The translations under genes were made by a program, and so were the position numbers. A model generated the notes under the pieces. It searched no databases. It worked only from the letters and a program-made list of their open reading frames with translations, and was not told the DNA's origin. A stretch of 64,000 nucleotides of DNA from Proteromonas lacertae (lineage: Eukaryota), in NCBI GenBank assembly GCA_002245135.1, contig NGBS01000877.1, positions 124,001 through 188,000 of the forward strand, in the 5' to 3' direction. Each line of letters begins with the position of its first letter. Within the stretch, counting starts at the first letter, position 1. Positions 13,784 through 28,228 of this stretch are shown here, in pieces.

Positions 13784-14439
13784 ATGTCATATTTATACAA
13801 ATTCTTTATAAAGAATTATATTTCTAATGTCAATTCATCAATTCTATTAAAAGAATTATCTAGTATTCATCTTATAAGCTGCAGAACTTTCAAATCATTA
13901 AAGAGTAAAGTAATTAAAGATAATATTTTGCCAAATCCAGATAAGGATAATTATCTTAGCATTAAAGAAAGTCTAGTTTATTTATTGACAAATATAAAAG
14001 AAATTCCAATAATTAGTTCATCAATTGAAAAATGTAATAACTATATAAACATAAACAGAATAGACAAAATATAGTAATAAGCCTTGATGGAGTAGAAAAT
14101 AGTCCATTTAGTACAAATAATAATAGTGTTTATGTGTTTTCATACAAAATTCTCAATTTTTATTGTAGTAATATGATTCAGGTTATTACTGTAACTAATG
14201 TAAGTGAAAAAATAAACAAAATATGCAAAGAACTCAATGACTTATTTTTAGATGGAATTAAGATTGATAGTGAGTTTTATAATGTGTATTGTATTTCGTT
14301 TATTGGAGATATGCCTGGAGTGATAAAGTTAATGAATTATCATAACTTTGTATCTTCCAAGCATTACTGCCGATCATGTAATAGTTATGTAAGGAAAATA
14401 GGTGGGAAGAAAGTAAGACATAGTGTTAGAGGAATGTAA
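13784..14439 (+). pseudogene. EnSpm/CACTA-like transposase fragment
   Basis: ISLDGV..F....SVYVFSYKILNF and FIGDMPGVIKLMNYHNFVSSKHYCRSC resemble the DG..F / GDxPA..C..C core of CACTA-type transposases. Frameshift near 14070 and a stop at 14439. Confidence 0.7.
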
Positions 14440-15482
14440 AATATTAACGATTATGATCAGTATTATAACTATCAAGGTTAAAGAGCTATCAATTCACATT
14501 TATAAGTATAATATTTAATATAATTTATAAATATTATAGTGAATACTATTTTTGTATCACTAAATTCATGAAATATGAAGATATTTAATAGAGTTCTATC
14601 ATTACTAAAGTATATGATTATGATTCTATAAAATAGATTACCTTATGCTGGTTCTGCATTAGAAATGACATTTTTATAAAGTATATATTATTAATTTATA
14701 TATTCAATAGGTTGTATAGTAATTTTTAGAGAAATTTAAGAATCAATAATAATTTAGAACAGTTATTTAATTTTTTTATTATATTTATGATGTTTATATA
14801 TGCTGTTAAATAGTGTAATACAGCTACTAAGGTGGGAGCAAGTAAATATAAAAAAAGCTAATATCTTCATATCTACAGGGAATTGAGGGAAAATAACTTG
14901 ATAACTGATCCATATATGAATACTTTTTACGATCTGCACATAATATCGCCTAACAAGCCAAATTTACTCATCAAAATTAATTTCTCTCAATCCAAAAATG
15001 GCCTATACCACAACCCTTTAAATTAGTGTCCGATGCCAACAAAAAAAAATCAATGGTTTTAAGTTCCTAAATAAGGAATACGTTGTATTAAGGTTAAAAC
15101 ACTTCAAACTGTATTTAATTTTTTTAACCTTAGAAAGAAAATCAAAAGATTTTGTTTATGTTATGTTAGTAGCTATGACTATATATATATAAATATGCAA
15201 TAAAGAGATAAGATACCTAAATTAGGTAATTTAGAAACTAACTACACTATCATATATTCTAACATATAATTCATGTTATGGTAAAATTTTACTTTTTAAT
15301 TCCTTATGGTTATTGAGAAAAAAGACAAAAAAGACAAAAAATACACTTAGAAAATTTTTATAGTGAACGATTATAAATTTTGAAACACATTTTTTGGTTA
15401 TAATACACATATCCACACACACATACATATATATATAATAGTAATATCTAATCAGAGTTAATAAAAAAGAATTATTTTCCTT

Positions 15483-16305
15483 TTATTTCTTATACAGTAT
15501 TAACTCCAATTTATCGTCATAAGCTATAACTATATTCCCTTTGTTTCTCATTTTCATATCATTATACTCAGATTTTGTTAATCCACTCACTCTTATTCCA
15601 GGAGTAATTTTCAAACACAATTTTTCACTCTATTATCATTACAAATATAAGAATATATTATACTTCCCAGATATAAAGTTGATCTTTCACATTTTTAGGT
15701 ATTTTAATCATCTCATTTTTGTTACTACCTTTTTCAAGATGTAATTCTAAAAAATTGATTATTTGTTTAACATTTATTCCTTTATTTAATGCTTTAAAGA
15801 CACTGTCTCTAGTTATCATACCACTTATCATATTAGGAAATAAAAACTATGAAAGATATATACACAATAGATAATACTCTTTTCTGTATAAATAATTGCA
15901 ATATCTGTGAATATACATCACTTTCTATTGTATTAGTTTTAGCATATATTTTGAAATTTGTTTCTATAATTATTGAAAGTGATGGTAGTAAAGAATTGTT
16001 TACTATAAAAGAATAAATAAATATATAATACATCTACCTGAATTCTTGCCTAATGACACATTTATACCTAAATCAGTTGGATAAAAGTATTTTTCAGTTA
16101 AAAATATATAACCAAAACTAGAAAAGTCTTTTAAACATTCATTTTGAGATTCACTTAGATTAGATATCTTATATCCTTCTCCTTGATTACATATATTCAT
16201 ACTCAATATAAACAGTAATATTTCATCATATTTCAGTGACTTTATTGAATCTAGCATTAGATAATTCTTTATTAATATCCAATTCTATTTATATAATATT
16301 ATTAC

Positions 16306-16336
<31 letters not shown>

Positions 16337-17188
16337 CTTGTTCTTCTGGTGACATAAATAGAAAGTCATATCCTGATGGTGTTAACATTATGCTAATAAT
16401 CATAAAGAAATATTCATTTATACTTTGGAGAAGAATTTCTTATTAACTTTGATTGTCTTAATAAGTGTTCAACTATTTCATCAACAGAGTTATTACTAGG
16501 ATCAATCTATTATAAATAGATGTACATATATAGTTATACTAAAAATGATATTATTCTATTATATTGTTGTCTCATATGATTTTTTATTGATTCTTTGATT
16601 ATTTTACTTTTTTCTTTTTTGGGAAAATGTTTTGTAGATACCCAATTACTACTGCATTTATTTGTTATACAATTCTATTTACAAGTAAAGCTATAATCGT
16701 TATATATATATATACAATTAATTGATTTTTAAACTCTTTATTCAATTCAACATTAATGCATTTGTTCAAATTGATTGATTCTTTTATGTTTTTTATTTTT
16801 ATTTCATTTCCATTTTCATCATAACCAGTTACTATTCCATATCGTAATAATTCACATATTGCACTTATTGATTTATTTTTGGCATTTTCGTTAAACCAGT
16901 TTTGAATCATCTTAAAACTAATTCTTTCATTTATAAAAAGTAATCTCATTACTATCCTATACCACATATATATATGTCTACTTTCATAAATACATTTTAG
17001 AAGTACTTTCTAGGGTTTGAATCAAAAGTTCAGGTAATCCAGAATATTGAAATCTATTATTAATATATATACTTCAGATGATATACATACAATTTCTTTA
17101 AAAATTCATAAGTCCTACTGTTGTCTTCATCATTATTATCGTTCAATATGTCTTTCAAAAAAGTAAATATCTCATTGATTGAGTTCAT
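15483..17188 (-). CDS. GTF2H4: TFIIH subunit p52 (Tfb2/GTF2H4)
   Basis: IVMRLLF, GYDFLFM, FYPTDLG and IIIETNFKIYA motifs; multi-exon model that can be kept in frame. Confidence 0.8.
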
Positions 17189-17317
17189 TTATGCAACTAT
17201 AAGTCGTTGTTACAAAATACAAATAAATAAAATTGCTGTTTAATCAACAATCGCAAAAATAGAAAAAAATGAAAATGAAACGAGTCAATATTTTGAAACA
17301 TCAAATAAGCTTGAAAG

Positions 17318-19930
17318 ATGTTTTGCTTTAATTCATTCATAGATGATTTATCAAGAATATTACCTTCTCAATCTACTGTATTAAAATGAAAATATATTTA
17401 ATAGATAAAAGAAAGGATAGTAAAGAGTATTAATGAAGTAGATTTGGTTTTACTCTATCAACAAGACATTAAAATGATGAAATGTATAGATATATCGGAA
17501 GATAGATGAAAAGAGAATATTAAAATTCTTAGAATATCAGAGTTGTTTATCAGAATATTCTAATTTATTCATTTATTCATCAAGAATAGGTGTTTTCGGG
17601 GGTAATATGATACTATTAGAAAGAATTTACTATGACAGAGATTTAGAAGATTTAATAAAGATTAACTGTATATGTAAGTGTATTATTAGAAAGATATTAT
17701 ATTCATTATCTAATATATTAATGATAATGAGTGAATGTGATTTAGTGATGGACAATTTAAAGAGTTCCAATATAATATATGAAGTAGATGATGATGGTGA
17801 ATATAAAAATATGAAATTATGCGATTTATTCTTAAGCACATTGAGGAAAGATGATATGAGAATTTATGATGTAAATTTCAAAAGCCCAGAAGAGTTGAAT
17901 GGATTAGAATGTAATGATAAAAGTGTGATTTGGTCAATTGGATGTATATTATATGAGATGATGTTTAAGAGATTACCATTTAACGAAGACAATGACGTAT
18001 ATAAAACTCTGAATAATGTTCTGAGATGTAAATACAGTTTTGATGTAGAATGTGATTATAAAATGAAAGAAATGATTGGAAGAATGTTAAAAATGAAGAG
18101 TGAAGATAGAATGAGTTTCAAAGAATTGAAAAAAGAAATGATAAGAATGAATGAAATATTGAGAGATAGTGATGGTAATTTGATGATATTAGAAGAAAGA
18201 AAAGAATTGTTGTTTGATAATGATCACAAAATACTAAGATTACCATTAATTATTCAAGCTAACTATTTTCTTGATATTGAAAATAGAAAAAGAGAAGAAA
18301 TGCGAGATAATTTGATTGAATTATACAATAATGAACCAAATGAAATGATATTTGCAATTTTGTTACTGATGAACCTCCATAATAGATTCTGTATGATAAA
18401 AAATAAACTGAAATTTCAAATCTATCACTGTTGTGAAGAAAGGGGAAAGTGTTTTTTGGATGAAATGTTATTTGACATTGGTTATGGTTATGATAAAGAA
18501 ATGGAAACTTTATATTCAAGTAATTTTTGTAAATGTGAAAAGGGGATGAATTTCTTATTTAGAATAGTAAAACTAATGCATCTAAAGAGAATAGGATTCT
18601 GTATATTTTATTGGCTCTAATAATTTAGATGTTAGTATTCCACTCCAATATCAATCGTTATTTGCATTTAATTTATCACAATTATCAAATCTTCAAGAAT
18701 TAGATTTAACAAAATGTAATTTTGCTTCCTGTTTTATTGAATCTTTAGTTAAATCAATTCCATTCATGAAATTAAAATATGTAAATCTTTCATGTATTTA
18801 TTTATCATCTTATTTTTACATTCATCTGAAATAGTTAATTCAATTGGTCCAGTGGATTCAAATTATTACTTCCACATCTAAAGTTATTAATTAATAAAGA
18901 TAATGAATTGGATTTGTCCGGAATGAATTTAGATGATGAATCAATGGTATTATTATCAGAAGAATTACATAAATATCCTGATATCGATCTAGTAGATATA
19001 AGAGAAAATAAGGATATTCAGTCTAGTACATTAAAATAATTATTATCCAAGTTTAATACTTCAAGAATAAGGTTTGATGTTGAAGGAAGAAAAGAAATGC
19101 TGGTTGATAAAGATATACCAGAATTAGTTAGATTTATAAAATATTCTGATGGATTAAAACTAAGATGTGTGGAAATTGATGATGAATTATTAGAAACATT
19201 CATTTCTTTAAGATCAAATGAATTAAAAGAGATAAAATATTTATATTTCAGTGGTATAAAACGATATTTTAATGCTCTTTAGATAATAAACTAACTCATA
19301 AAAGTGTTGAGATACTAATCAACAATTTATCTTCATTCATAAATCTAAAACATCTTGAATTATATGGAAATGAAATAGGAGATGAAGGAATGAGATTATT
19401 ATCTCCACACATACATTTATTACTAGGTAGTGATGATGTGATGAACTGTTCAAGTATATCTATTATTTTTTAATGATGAATAGAAATGGGATTATCTTCA
19501 GTTGGATTAGAATATTTAGTGAATGGTTTAAAAGAAAATAATAGTAGTAATGATATACATTATTCCCTTGATATAAGTTATAATAACATTGATAGAAATG
19601 GAATAGCATATTTAGTGGATTTTATGAAAGATAATGAAGATGTAATTATCTTAATAAATGTTCATGGTATATTTTTATATATATATTTGATATTTAATAG
19701 ATAATCCAATAGGTAATTATGGATTTAGATTACTAGAAGACTATATAGAAAAATTAGAGTGGGATGATGGATTAAATTTAAGCAATACAGCAATTGATGA
19801 TGATAGTGTTAGTATAATTCATAGTATCGAAAATCTATGTTTGTATAAAATAATTCTAACTGGAAACAATATTAACAAAGATAATTTAATGGATAGAATA
19901 GATTCTTCAATTGAAATAGTATGGAATTAG
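17318..19930 (+). pseudogene. Degenerate kinase-like + LRR gene, copy 2
   Basis: Collinear with copy 1 and shares intron positions. Frameshifts at ~17497 and ~18851; in-frame TAA at 19037-19039. Confidence 0.8.
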
Positions 19931-20086
19931 TTAAATAATTATTATTGTTATTATCTGAAACATTTAAAATGTTAACTATAATTAAATATAAATAAAAAAT
20001 ATTCTAAACTTTTTATGTGGATTATTTTATAATGAATATGATCATCATTTACGCGATTAAATCAAAGAAAAACAATAATATGTTTG

Positions 20087-23000
20087 ATGAAGCTTGGCTT
20101 GAAACAACTCTCAAAAATTAAAAACAATGGCTTCACTGATAAGACAAATATGTTCAGGTATACATTTGAAATGAATGTAACGCATATAGGCGATAGGATT
20201 AGATTTCGAGAAGGAAGCTGTAATTTAGATCTAACTTATGTTAGTCCAAGGTATAACAAACATTTAAATAATGTATTAGGATAATTGCGATGGGGTTTCC
20301 TTCAAGTGGGTTTATGGAGAGTAGATATCGAAATAGTATTCGAGATGTACAACTATTATTAGAAAAGAAACATTCAAATCACTATCTGATATTTAATCTT
20401 AGTGGTAGAAGATATGACTATTCAATATTTCATGATCGAGTAATTGATTATGGTTTTCCTGATCACAGAGCTCCTTCTTTTCCTCAATTACTATCATTAA
20501 TATATATGGCTTATATGTGGTTAAGTGAAAACAATGAGAATGTGATAGCAGTTCATTGTTTAGCTGGAAAAGGAAGAACTGGAGTGTTTATATGTTGTTT
20601 AATGCTATTTTTCGAAAGTATAAACAGTGATTTTTTGTCTCCTTATCAAAGTAGTAAAAGAATAAGTACATATTTTAACCATAAAAGAGGTGAAGGAATT
20701 GATTATCATAATCAGTTTCGGTATGTTTATTATTTTGCTTTATATTTGTTATATTATAAACCTTATTTCAATTCATTCAATAATTTACTCTCTCCAGAAC
20801 CATCTGAAGTATTTTTAAAAGAGATAATAATAATGAATCCATTTATTTTTATGGGTGGTTCAAGTTGTGCAATTCATATAACAATTAGCTGTCATAATTC
20901 CTGTGATCAAAGTTTATTAATCGAAAATAGTGTGTGGAATGAAAATTCAACAATAATTACCAATTTAACAAATAATACGATATTAAATCTAACTTCTAAT
21001 AATTCTAATAATAATAATAATAATAGTTTAATGTCATCAACAAAATCTGTTTCTTCAGCAACTTCAAATATGTCATCTTCCTCTTCGTCTAAATATGATA
21101 ATTATGTAATGAATTATAATTGTAATATTTTAGTAAATGGTGATTTTTCAATATCATTTTATAATAGTAATCTTGAAGAGGAAGTATGGTGGTTGGATTT
21201 AAATACATTATTCATAGATGAAATGCCATTTGATTGTGATGGTAGATTAGAATATAATATTAATGATATTGATATAAGTAAAAGAAGTAGGAATAAAATG
21301 AGAAAAGATGATATTAGTTCGTTTAAGATTACTTTAATTTATCAAATAAAAGAACATAAAGTGAATATTCCCATTCCTGAGATTGATTTAGAACCAGAAA
21401 TAAGCAGAGAAGCTAATCCTGAATATTATACAATAAAACCAATCAATCCAATTAGAAATAGTATTAGATCAATTAATAATCCCAATTTTAATAGAAATAA
21501 CAATTATTTTGATGGTGGTGAAACAAAATATTTTGATCCAACAATATCTGCACCACATTTAACTACTACTTTACATTTTCCTCCAATTAATAATCACAAT
21601 AGTAATGATAAGAATAATACAGCAAGAAATACAGCAAGAAGAAATAAAATAAATTTCTTAAGTAGTAGTTTGAAGTTGAATACAGGTATTGTTAAAGATG
21701 ATGTTGATTACGATGATGATAATGAAGATGAAGATGAAGAAGAATGTGGTAGTTGTTTAGTAATGAAAAGAAACTTAGGAATGCATGGATTATTACATCA
21801 TAATAATGGTACAAAGCATTTAAGTCATAATTTGAATCATCCCGATACATTAGAATTTGATAGTAAATATGGTGATTTAGATGAAAGTTATAATAATGGA
21901 TATGGTTATTGTGATGGTAGTTGTAGTAGTAAGAGAAATGAAGGGAAAAGTGAAGAAAAAGAAACAGATTTTGATGATGTAGATGGTGATGATGATGTAG
22001 ATGGTATTGATTATAATGATGAAGGAAGTATATTCTTTGACAGTGAAAGTAAGATAGATGGAAGTAATAATGAGAATGGTTTTAATCCAAATAGTTCATC
22101 ACCAAAAAAACTACCAAAATTAAAGAGACATAAAAAGGATGTAGCAAATTATTATGAATTTAAAAATGAATTATTAGAAAGGAGATCTTCTTCATTGTCA
22201 TCTCCATCTATCTTTAATAGTAATGATAATAGTTCAACCAATTTAAAAGACAATACTCATCATCATCATCATCATCATAAAAGACAATCTTTTTATCATC
22301 GTTCTATTCCTCAATTGAGAGATGATATTCCATTAACTCCATCTTCTACACCTTGTACGCCTGGTGGTGTAAAAATACAACCACACCCGTATATAATGGG
22401 ATATTTAAGTTATAAATCCAAATATCAGATGAATCGTTATTTTTGTATTATTAGAAATCGTAAAGATAATAATAGAATATATTATAGTAATGAAAATGAA
22501 TCATATGAACCAGTTTTGTATTTATATCCAAATACACAAAGTGGTGAAAAGAAGTATATCATATTGTTATTACATTATGAAATGCCTTATCCAGTTATAT
22601 CAAAAGAAAATGAATCAAGTACAAAAGGCTTTATATTAAATGTCAGAAGTGAATTTAAAACTATTGAAACTATACAGAATTATACATTTCAATGTGAAAA
22701 CCAAAATATATTAATGAATTGGATAAAAGCTATTAGAGAATGTCAAGGTTATTACGTAAGTGAATATTGTATAAAAGATAAGATTGAAAATATCAATGAT
22801 TTAATCGAAGATGAATATAAACTAAAGAATTTTCTAAAAGAGTTTTATTACATTTATAACCCTCAAAAAATATTAAAAATTACTGAAATTGTAAATGAGT
22901 ATAAAGTAAAGAAAGACAATTTGAAGGAATTAGTGAATGATTTATGTGAAATTTATGATCTAACAGAAGATGAATTATTAGAAAGTGATTTATGTTACCA

Positions 23001-23301
23001 TAAGTCTTATATCGAAGTAAATGAGAAAGGAATGGACACTTCTCTTATTTATTATAATAATGAAGTGTACAGTGATGAATTGAATATAGAAGAGATGGAA
23101 AGAGATGTTAATTATATGAAAATGGAAGAAGATTTGAGTATTGAATTTTTACATATATTATCGTTGATTATTGATAATAGTCCTTCTTCAGTTTATGTCC
23201 ATTTTATTACGCTTATGTTTAGTTATTTTTATCCTCAATACTTGACATTGGTTAATCCAAAGTTTTGTGAATATGTTCATATTAAGTATTTGCAGGTATA
23301 A
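20087..23301 (+). CDS. PTEN-like phosphoinositide phosphatase with C2-like and C-terminal PH-like domains
   Basis: LDLTYVSP, AMGFPS, YRNSI, FPDHRAP and HCLAGKGRTG motifs. The PH-like segment runs from MGYLSYKS to YTFQCENQNILMNWIKAIREC. Confidence 0.85.
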
Positions 23302-23401
23302 ATAGTAAGTAATCTATTTTTTAAAATCTTATTTATTGTTTATGTTTGTTTATTCAAAATAGAAATGAAAAAGGAAATCAAACATAAGAATCAAGCTTAA
23401 T

Positions 23402-24163
23402 ATGATTTTTAAATTGAATAGCAGGACTTTCTCACTTTTGAAACATAGTATACTTATATTTTAATAATACAGTTAATAAAGATGCTAATAAATTTACACT
23501 TCATAAACTAGAGGTAGGATTTGTGAATTGTTACCTTGTGGCTAATTCTGATAATAAATGTATTAAAATACTTGTTATATTCTGTTTACAGGTGTTATTG
23601 TTGATCCTGGCTATGAACCAGATACAATCATGAAATATATGAGTGATAATAAATTGAATCCATTGTCAATAATTCTAACACATGCTCATCCTGATCATAT
23701 GGGAGCAGCTAAACCAATAGCTGACACTTTTGGGCTGAAAACATTTTTACACCCAAAAGATTTCTATTTGCTACCCTATTATTCTATTCTAGGAAGACAA
23801 TTAGGTGTAACAGAGCCATATCCAGAGAATATACAAAAAATTAATGAAGGGAAGCATGTTATTGATAATATGAAAGTATAACTCTATAATATTCTCTTTA
23901 TTAGTGTGAAATAATACATACACCTGGTCATAGTAAAGGCAGTATATGCATTAAAATAGATAATATTCTATTATCAGGAGACTACAATGTTTTTAGGAGG
24001 AATGGGAAGAGTGGATCTCCCAGGAGGTAGTTATGAAGATATGATGAAATCTCTTAAACTTTTATATACATTACCAAGGAAGACAATAGTTTATCCTGGA
24101 CATGGCGGAATGACAACTATTGAAGATGAAGCAAACTTAGCTCTAGCAGATAATGAATTTTAA
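23402..24163 (+). CDS. Metallo-beta-lactamase-fold hydrolase (glyoxalase II/YcbL-like); 1-nt frameshift at ~23983
   Basis: NCYLV, IVDPG, THAHPDHMG, HTPGHS, SGD, GRVDLPGG and YPGHG motifs. Confidence 0.85.
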
Positions 24164-24260
24164 ATGTTCATATATGTTTTTTATGTGTGTTAGTTTCATA
24201 ATTCACTAAATAATTCAAATTCTTTGTTTGTAACTGCTATATTTTTTCAAATTGTGTGTT

Positions 24261-27200
24261 ATGAATAAGAAGATATATGGGATTGATTTAGGTTTAAATT
24301 TTGTAGTTGTGAGTGAAATTGAAGAAAAATCCAACTGTAAAGCAGTAATTATAGAAAATGGACTATCGATGAACAAAACCGAGTATATTATCACTTTCCA
24401 GTTTAATTTTATTTATTTATTTTTTATATGCTATTATTTCTAGGATTGGAGTGTCATTTAAAGAACATGATTACTGGTATGGAACAGACATTGTATTCAT
24501 AAGTTTCGTTATACATTATAGATACAAAAATACTTTAAACGATCTGTAAGAGTTATTGGAGATCTTTTGTGTAAAAATTACTCTAATGTCGTAGCAATGT
24601 CTCATTATCCTGATCCTATATCAAATATAGATGGGTTTTACAAATGTGATGTATATATTACACTCATATATCAAATATGTATAGATTTCTATTGATAATT
24701 CCTCATACATAACCGTAGATCAACTTCTAATGCTACTACTACAGTATGTAAAAGATTTAATACTGAAACAAAACCCCAAAGAAAAATATTTTAACTGTAT
24801 TATAAGTGTTTCAAATGATTATAATAAAGATGGATTTAATAAAATATACCAACTGTGTCAACTATTAGAAATAAATTGTGAAGTGGTAATACCAAATTAT
24901 ATATGTAATACTCTATGTTATATTCATGAGAATGAATCAATAATAGCAAAATCAGAAAATGATAGAGATTATAAGATGATAGTTGATATCGGTTATAAAC
25001 AATGTAGTTTAACATTATTATGCTTTGAAAATGTATTTAATATTAATAATAATAATAATATTCATAGAAATCCTGTAAAATATTAGTGAATCGAAATAAT
25101 TATGATATAAATGGAGAATTAATAGATAATAAATTAATGGATTTAGTGTATGGAAGAATGAAAGAAGATTTTCCATCTTTAGATGTTGATATTAGAAAAG
25201 ATAAGAAGTTATATTTAAAGATTAAAAAGGCAGTAATTATAGCAAAAGAGAAACTAAGTGCAGTAGGATCGTCAACAGTAGCAATATCAATAGATAATGT
25301 AGAAAATGATGATGATTATGAAGGTATATTAGATAAAAAAGAAATAGATGGAATAATAGAAAAGTATATAAAACCTAATTTGGAGAATGAAATTAAATTA
25401 TTACTTCAAAATCAACATTTATTTGTTAATACAACTGATGAAAATCCATTGGAGATTATTATAGTTGGTGGAACATGTAGAATTCCACAAATTAAATACT
25501 ATCTTTCAAGTTTACAATATACATCGTTAATATTTTCAGCCCATTTTGGTGATAAACTTATTGAGACTGTCGATATGGATACTGATGTAAGTAGTGGTTG
25601 TTGTTATTATCAATTGTTGAAGAAAGGATTATGGAAATATAATATTGAATATGATAAAGGGAAAGTGTATGAATTTGATCAAAATGGAACAATACCAATT
25701 ACTGCTTATACAATTAGTACTGTTGATTTCTCACCACATTTCGTTGATATAGATCCTCATTTAGAAGGAATTAATATATGCGATTATTACTCGAAATTGT
25801 TATTGAATCATAAATTCTTGTTAGATAAACAGAATGTGAATATATCAAAACTTAAACAACAGAATGGTTTTCAAACTATAGTGTATATATATATTCTTTA
25901 TATTATATTGATTAGTTCAAATACAATGGATTTCATATCTAAAGATAGCATTGAATCATTAAGTTATAAAGAGAAGTTGTTGTCATATCTTTATAACAAC
26001 CAAACTAATCCAGAATCAGAGACTGATATGAGAGATAAATTGAAGATATATGAAGAAATGAAGAAACTGTTTATGATATTTCAAAATGTTGATATCGTAC
26101 ACTCTTATTCTCATTTTATTAAAGCAATAACAAATGCACTTGATATTGTATATATATATATATATATTTATATATATTAATAATGTTAGAATGCTCCTGA
26201 AAAGAGAGAACAAATTACTTTATCATATAAACAATATAAACCAATGAATTTACTTACTAAAGAAGATACATCTCTACTTCCTACAAACATGTCATCATCT
26301 TCAAAACCATCATCATCATTACTTCCACCATCAACAACAACGAATGAAGTAAATTTATCATTCATTATTGGAAAAGTAGTAACATCCAAGGCAAATAGTA
26401 AAATGAATATAATATCAACAATATTTCAAAATACAATGGATTCTTCAGAAGATTTTCCTGTAAATAATAATAAAGACAAACCTTTACTAAACACTTTTGA
26501 ATTTGATCTATCTTTATTACAAAAACAAATGTATTTATATATATTGATCATCTAATTTTGTAATAGAAATTTTTTGAAGTCATTATTAGAAGAGAATAAA
26601 AACAATAATACTTTCATTACTCCATATAAAGACTATATTAAATCAGTAGAAAATACAATTAAAACTTCTCCAGAAGAAATTGATTATTCAGCTACATTAA
26701 ATGATCTTTGTGATTATATAGTTGAAGTGAAAATGTATATTTCTGATTTACAAATGTTACAGTATATAATATATATATATATATATATTCTTACATTATT
26801 TATATGTTTTCTATAGTAATGCTTATGTTCTTAATTTAAATAAAATAATAACAAAGTTACCATTAAGTGAACAATGTCAAGCTATTAAGTCAATATTTCT
26901 AGAAAAGTTAGAGAATTTAGAAAAGAGTTATATTAATAGAGAAATTGATCATAGTGGATTTTTAGTTCAATATTTTGAACTTATTAAACAATTATCAGTA
27001 TAATTATATTATATTATATTATATTAATAATAGAGTTATGATAAACTTGTAGATCAATGTCTGATATTGAGTAAATCAATAGAATCCATATTTGACACAA
27101 TTCCAGATTTTGCATATACAAACTACATTATTCAAGCAAAACAAGAATATTATAAGAATATACTACAATTATACCATCCTGATTCAATTCAAGAGTTATT

Positions 27201-28181
27201 AGGACAATTGAATATTACATATAATAAAATCAAAATAGACTTAGAGAAGAAGAAATCAAATTATAAATCTCAAATACACACATTACTGTATTTATATATT
27301 TTTCTTTTTTTCTTATAATATTATATATATATATATATAATAGATCAATTTTTAAGTATATAATTGCAGAATATACTGCCAATATTGATGAGAAGTACAA
27401 AGGACTTTTAGAGAATTTAAATGGTTATAAAGTAAGTAGTAATGTAAATATAAATGAAATGAAAGCTGATTATGATGATTTTAAGAATCAATTAATTATA
27501 ACATTCCAAAATATAATAAAACAATATATGTATTATGATATTACAATTAAATAGTATGTTAATCTTCCATTCTATATATATATATATATAGTCGAATAAT
27601 TCATTCAATTCTAAATACACCAGAATACGACAAAGCAGTTACACATTGGAAATTATTTAACAAACTAAAAACATCGGTTAAAATACTCAATGATAAAGTA
27701 GTTTTAACAGAATACAAGAAAGTGGATATAACAGCAACAAGGTTATACTGTAATATGACTGGTGATAGTGAATGTAATTATGTATGCTTAAGAGTAGAAG
27801 AATTAGGATACAATTTAGACTCAGAAGAAGCATTAAAGAGTAGCAGTAAATCAATAGGTTCTAATAAAATGGAACAAAAGAATTACATTAAAAGTAAAAT
27901 GTTTAACATGACAAATAAAAATGACGATTTAAATACAACAGTAACTAGTGAAACTTCTGATATATCCGTTTCAGATTATTTGGTTAATTCTCATACACCA
28001 CATAAACACCATCATCATAAACATAGTAAACATTCTCAACATAGAAATAGTAATAATTTAATTATGTCAAATACTAATCCACAATCTCCAATGATGATGA
28101 ATTATCCATATCAAAACACCAACCAGTTTATACCAATACAACCTTATCAATATTACCCTAATAATTCTTCAGCAATGTTTC

Positions 28182-28228
<47 letters not shown>

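Larger units (their letters stand above)
12880..15365. mobile_element. CACTA/EnSpm-superfamily DNA transposon (degenerate)
   Basis: Perfect 11-bp terminal inverted repeats: CACTATAAAAA (12880-12890) and TTTTTATAGTG (15355-15365). AA flanks both ends. Internal transposase remnants. Confidence 0.8.

Noticed and set aside
23343..23350. TGTTTGTT motif linked to polyadenylation-created stop codons in Blastocystis
   Set aside because: The motif is sporadic, and the genes I could model end in genomic stop codons.
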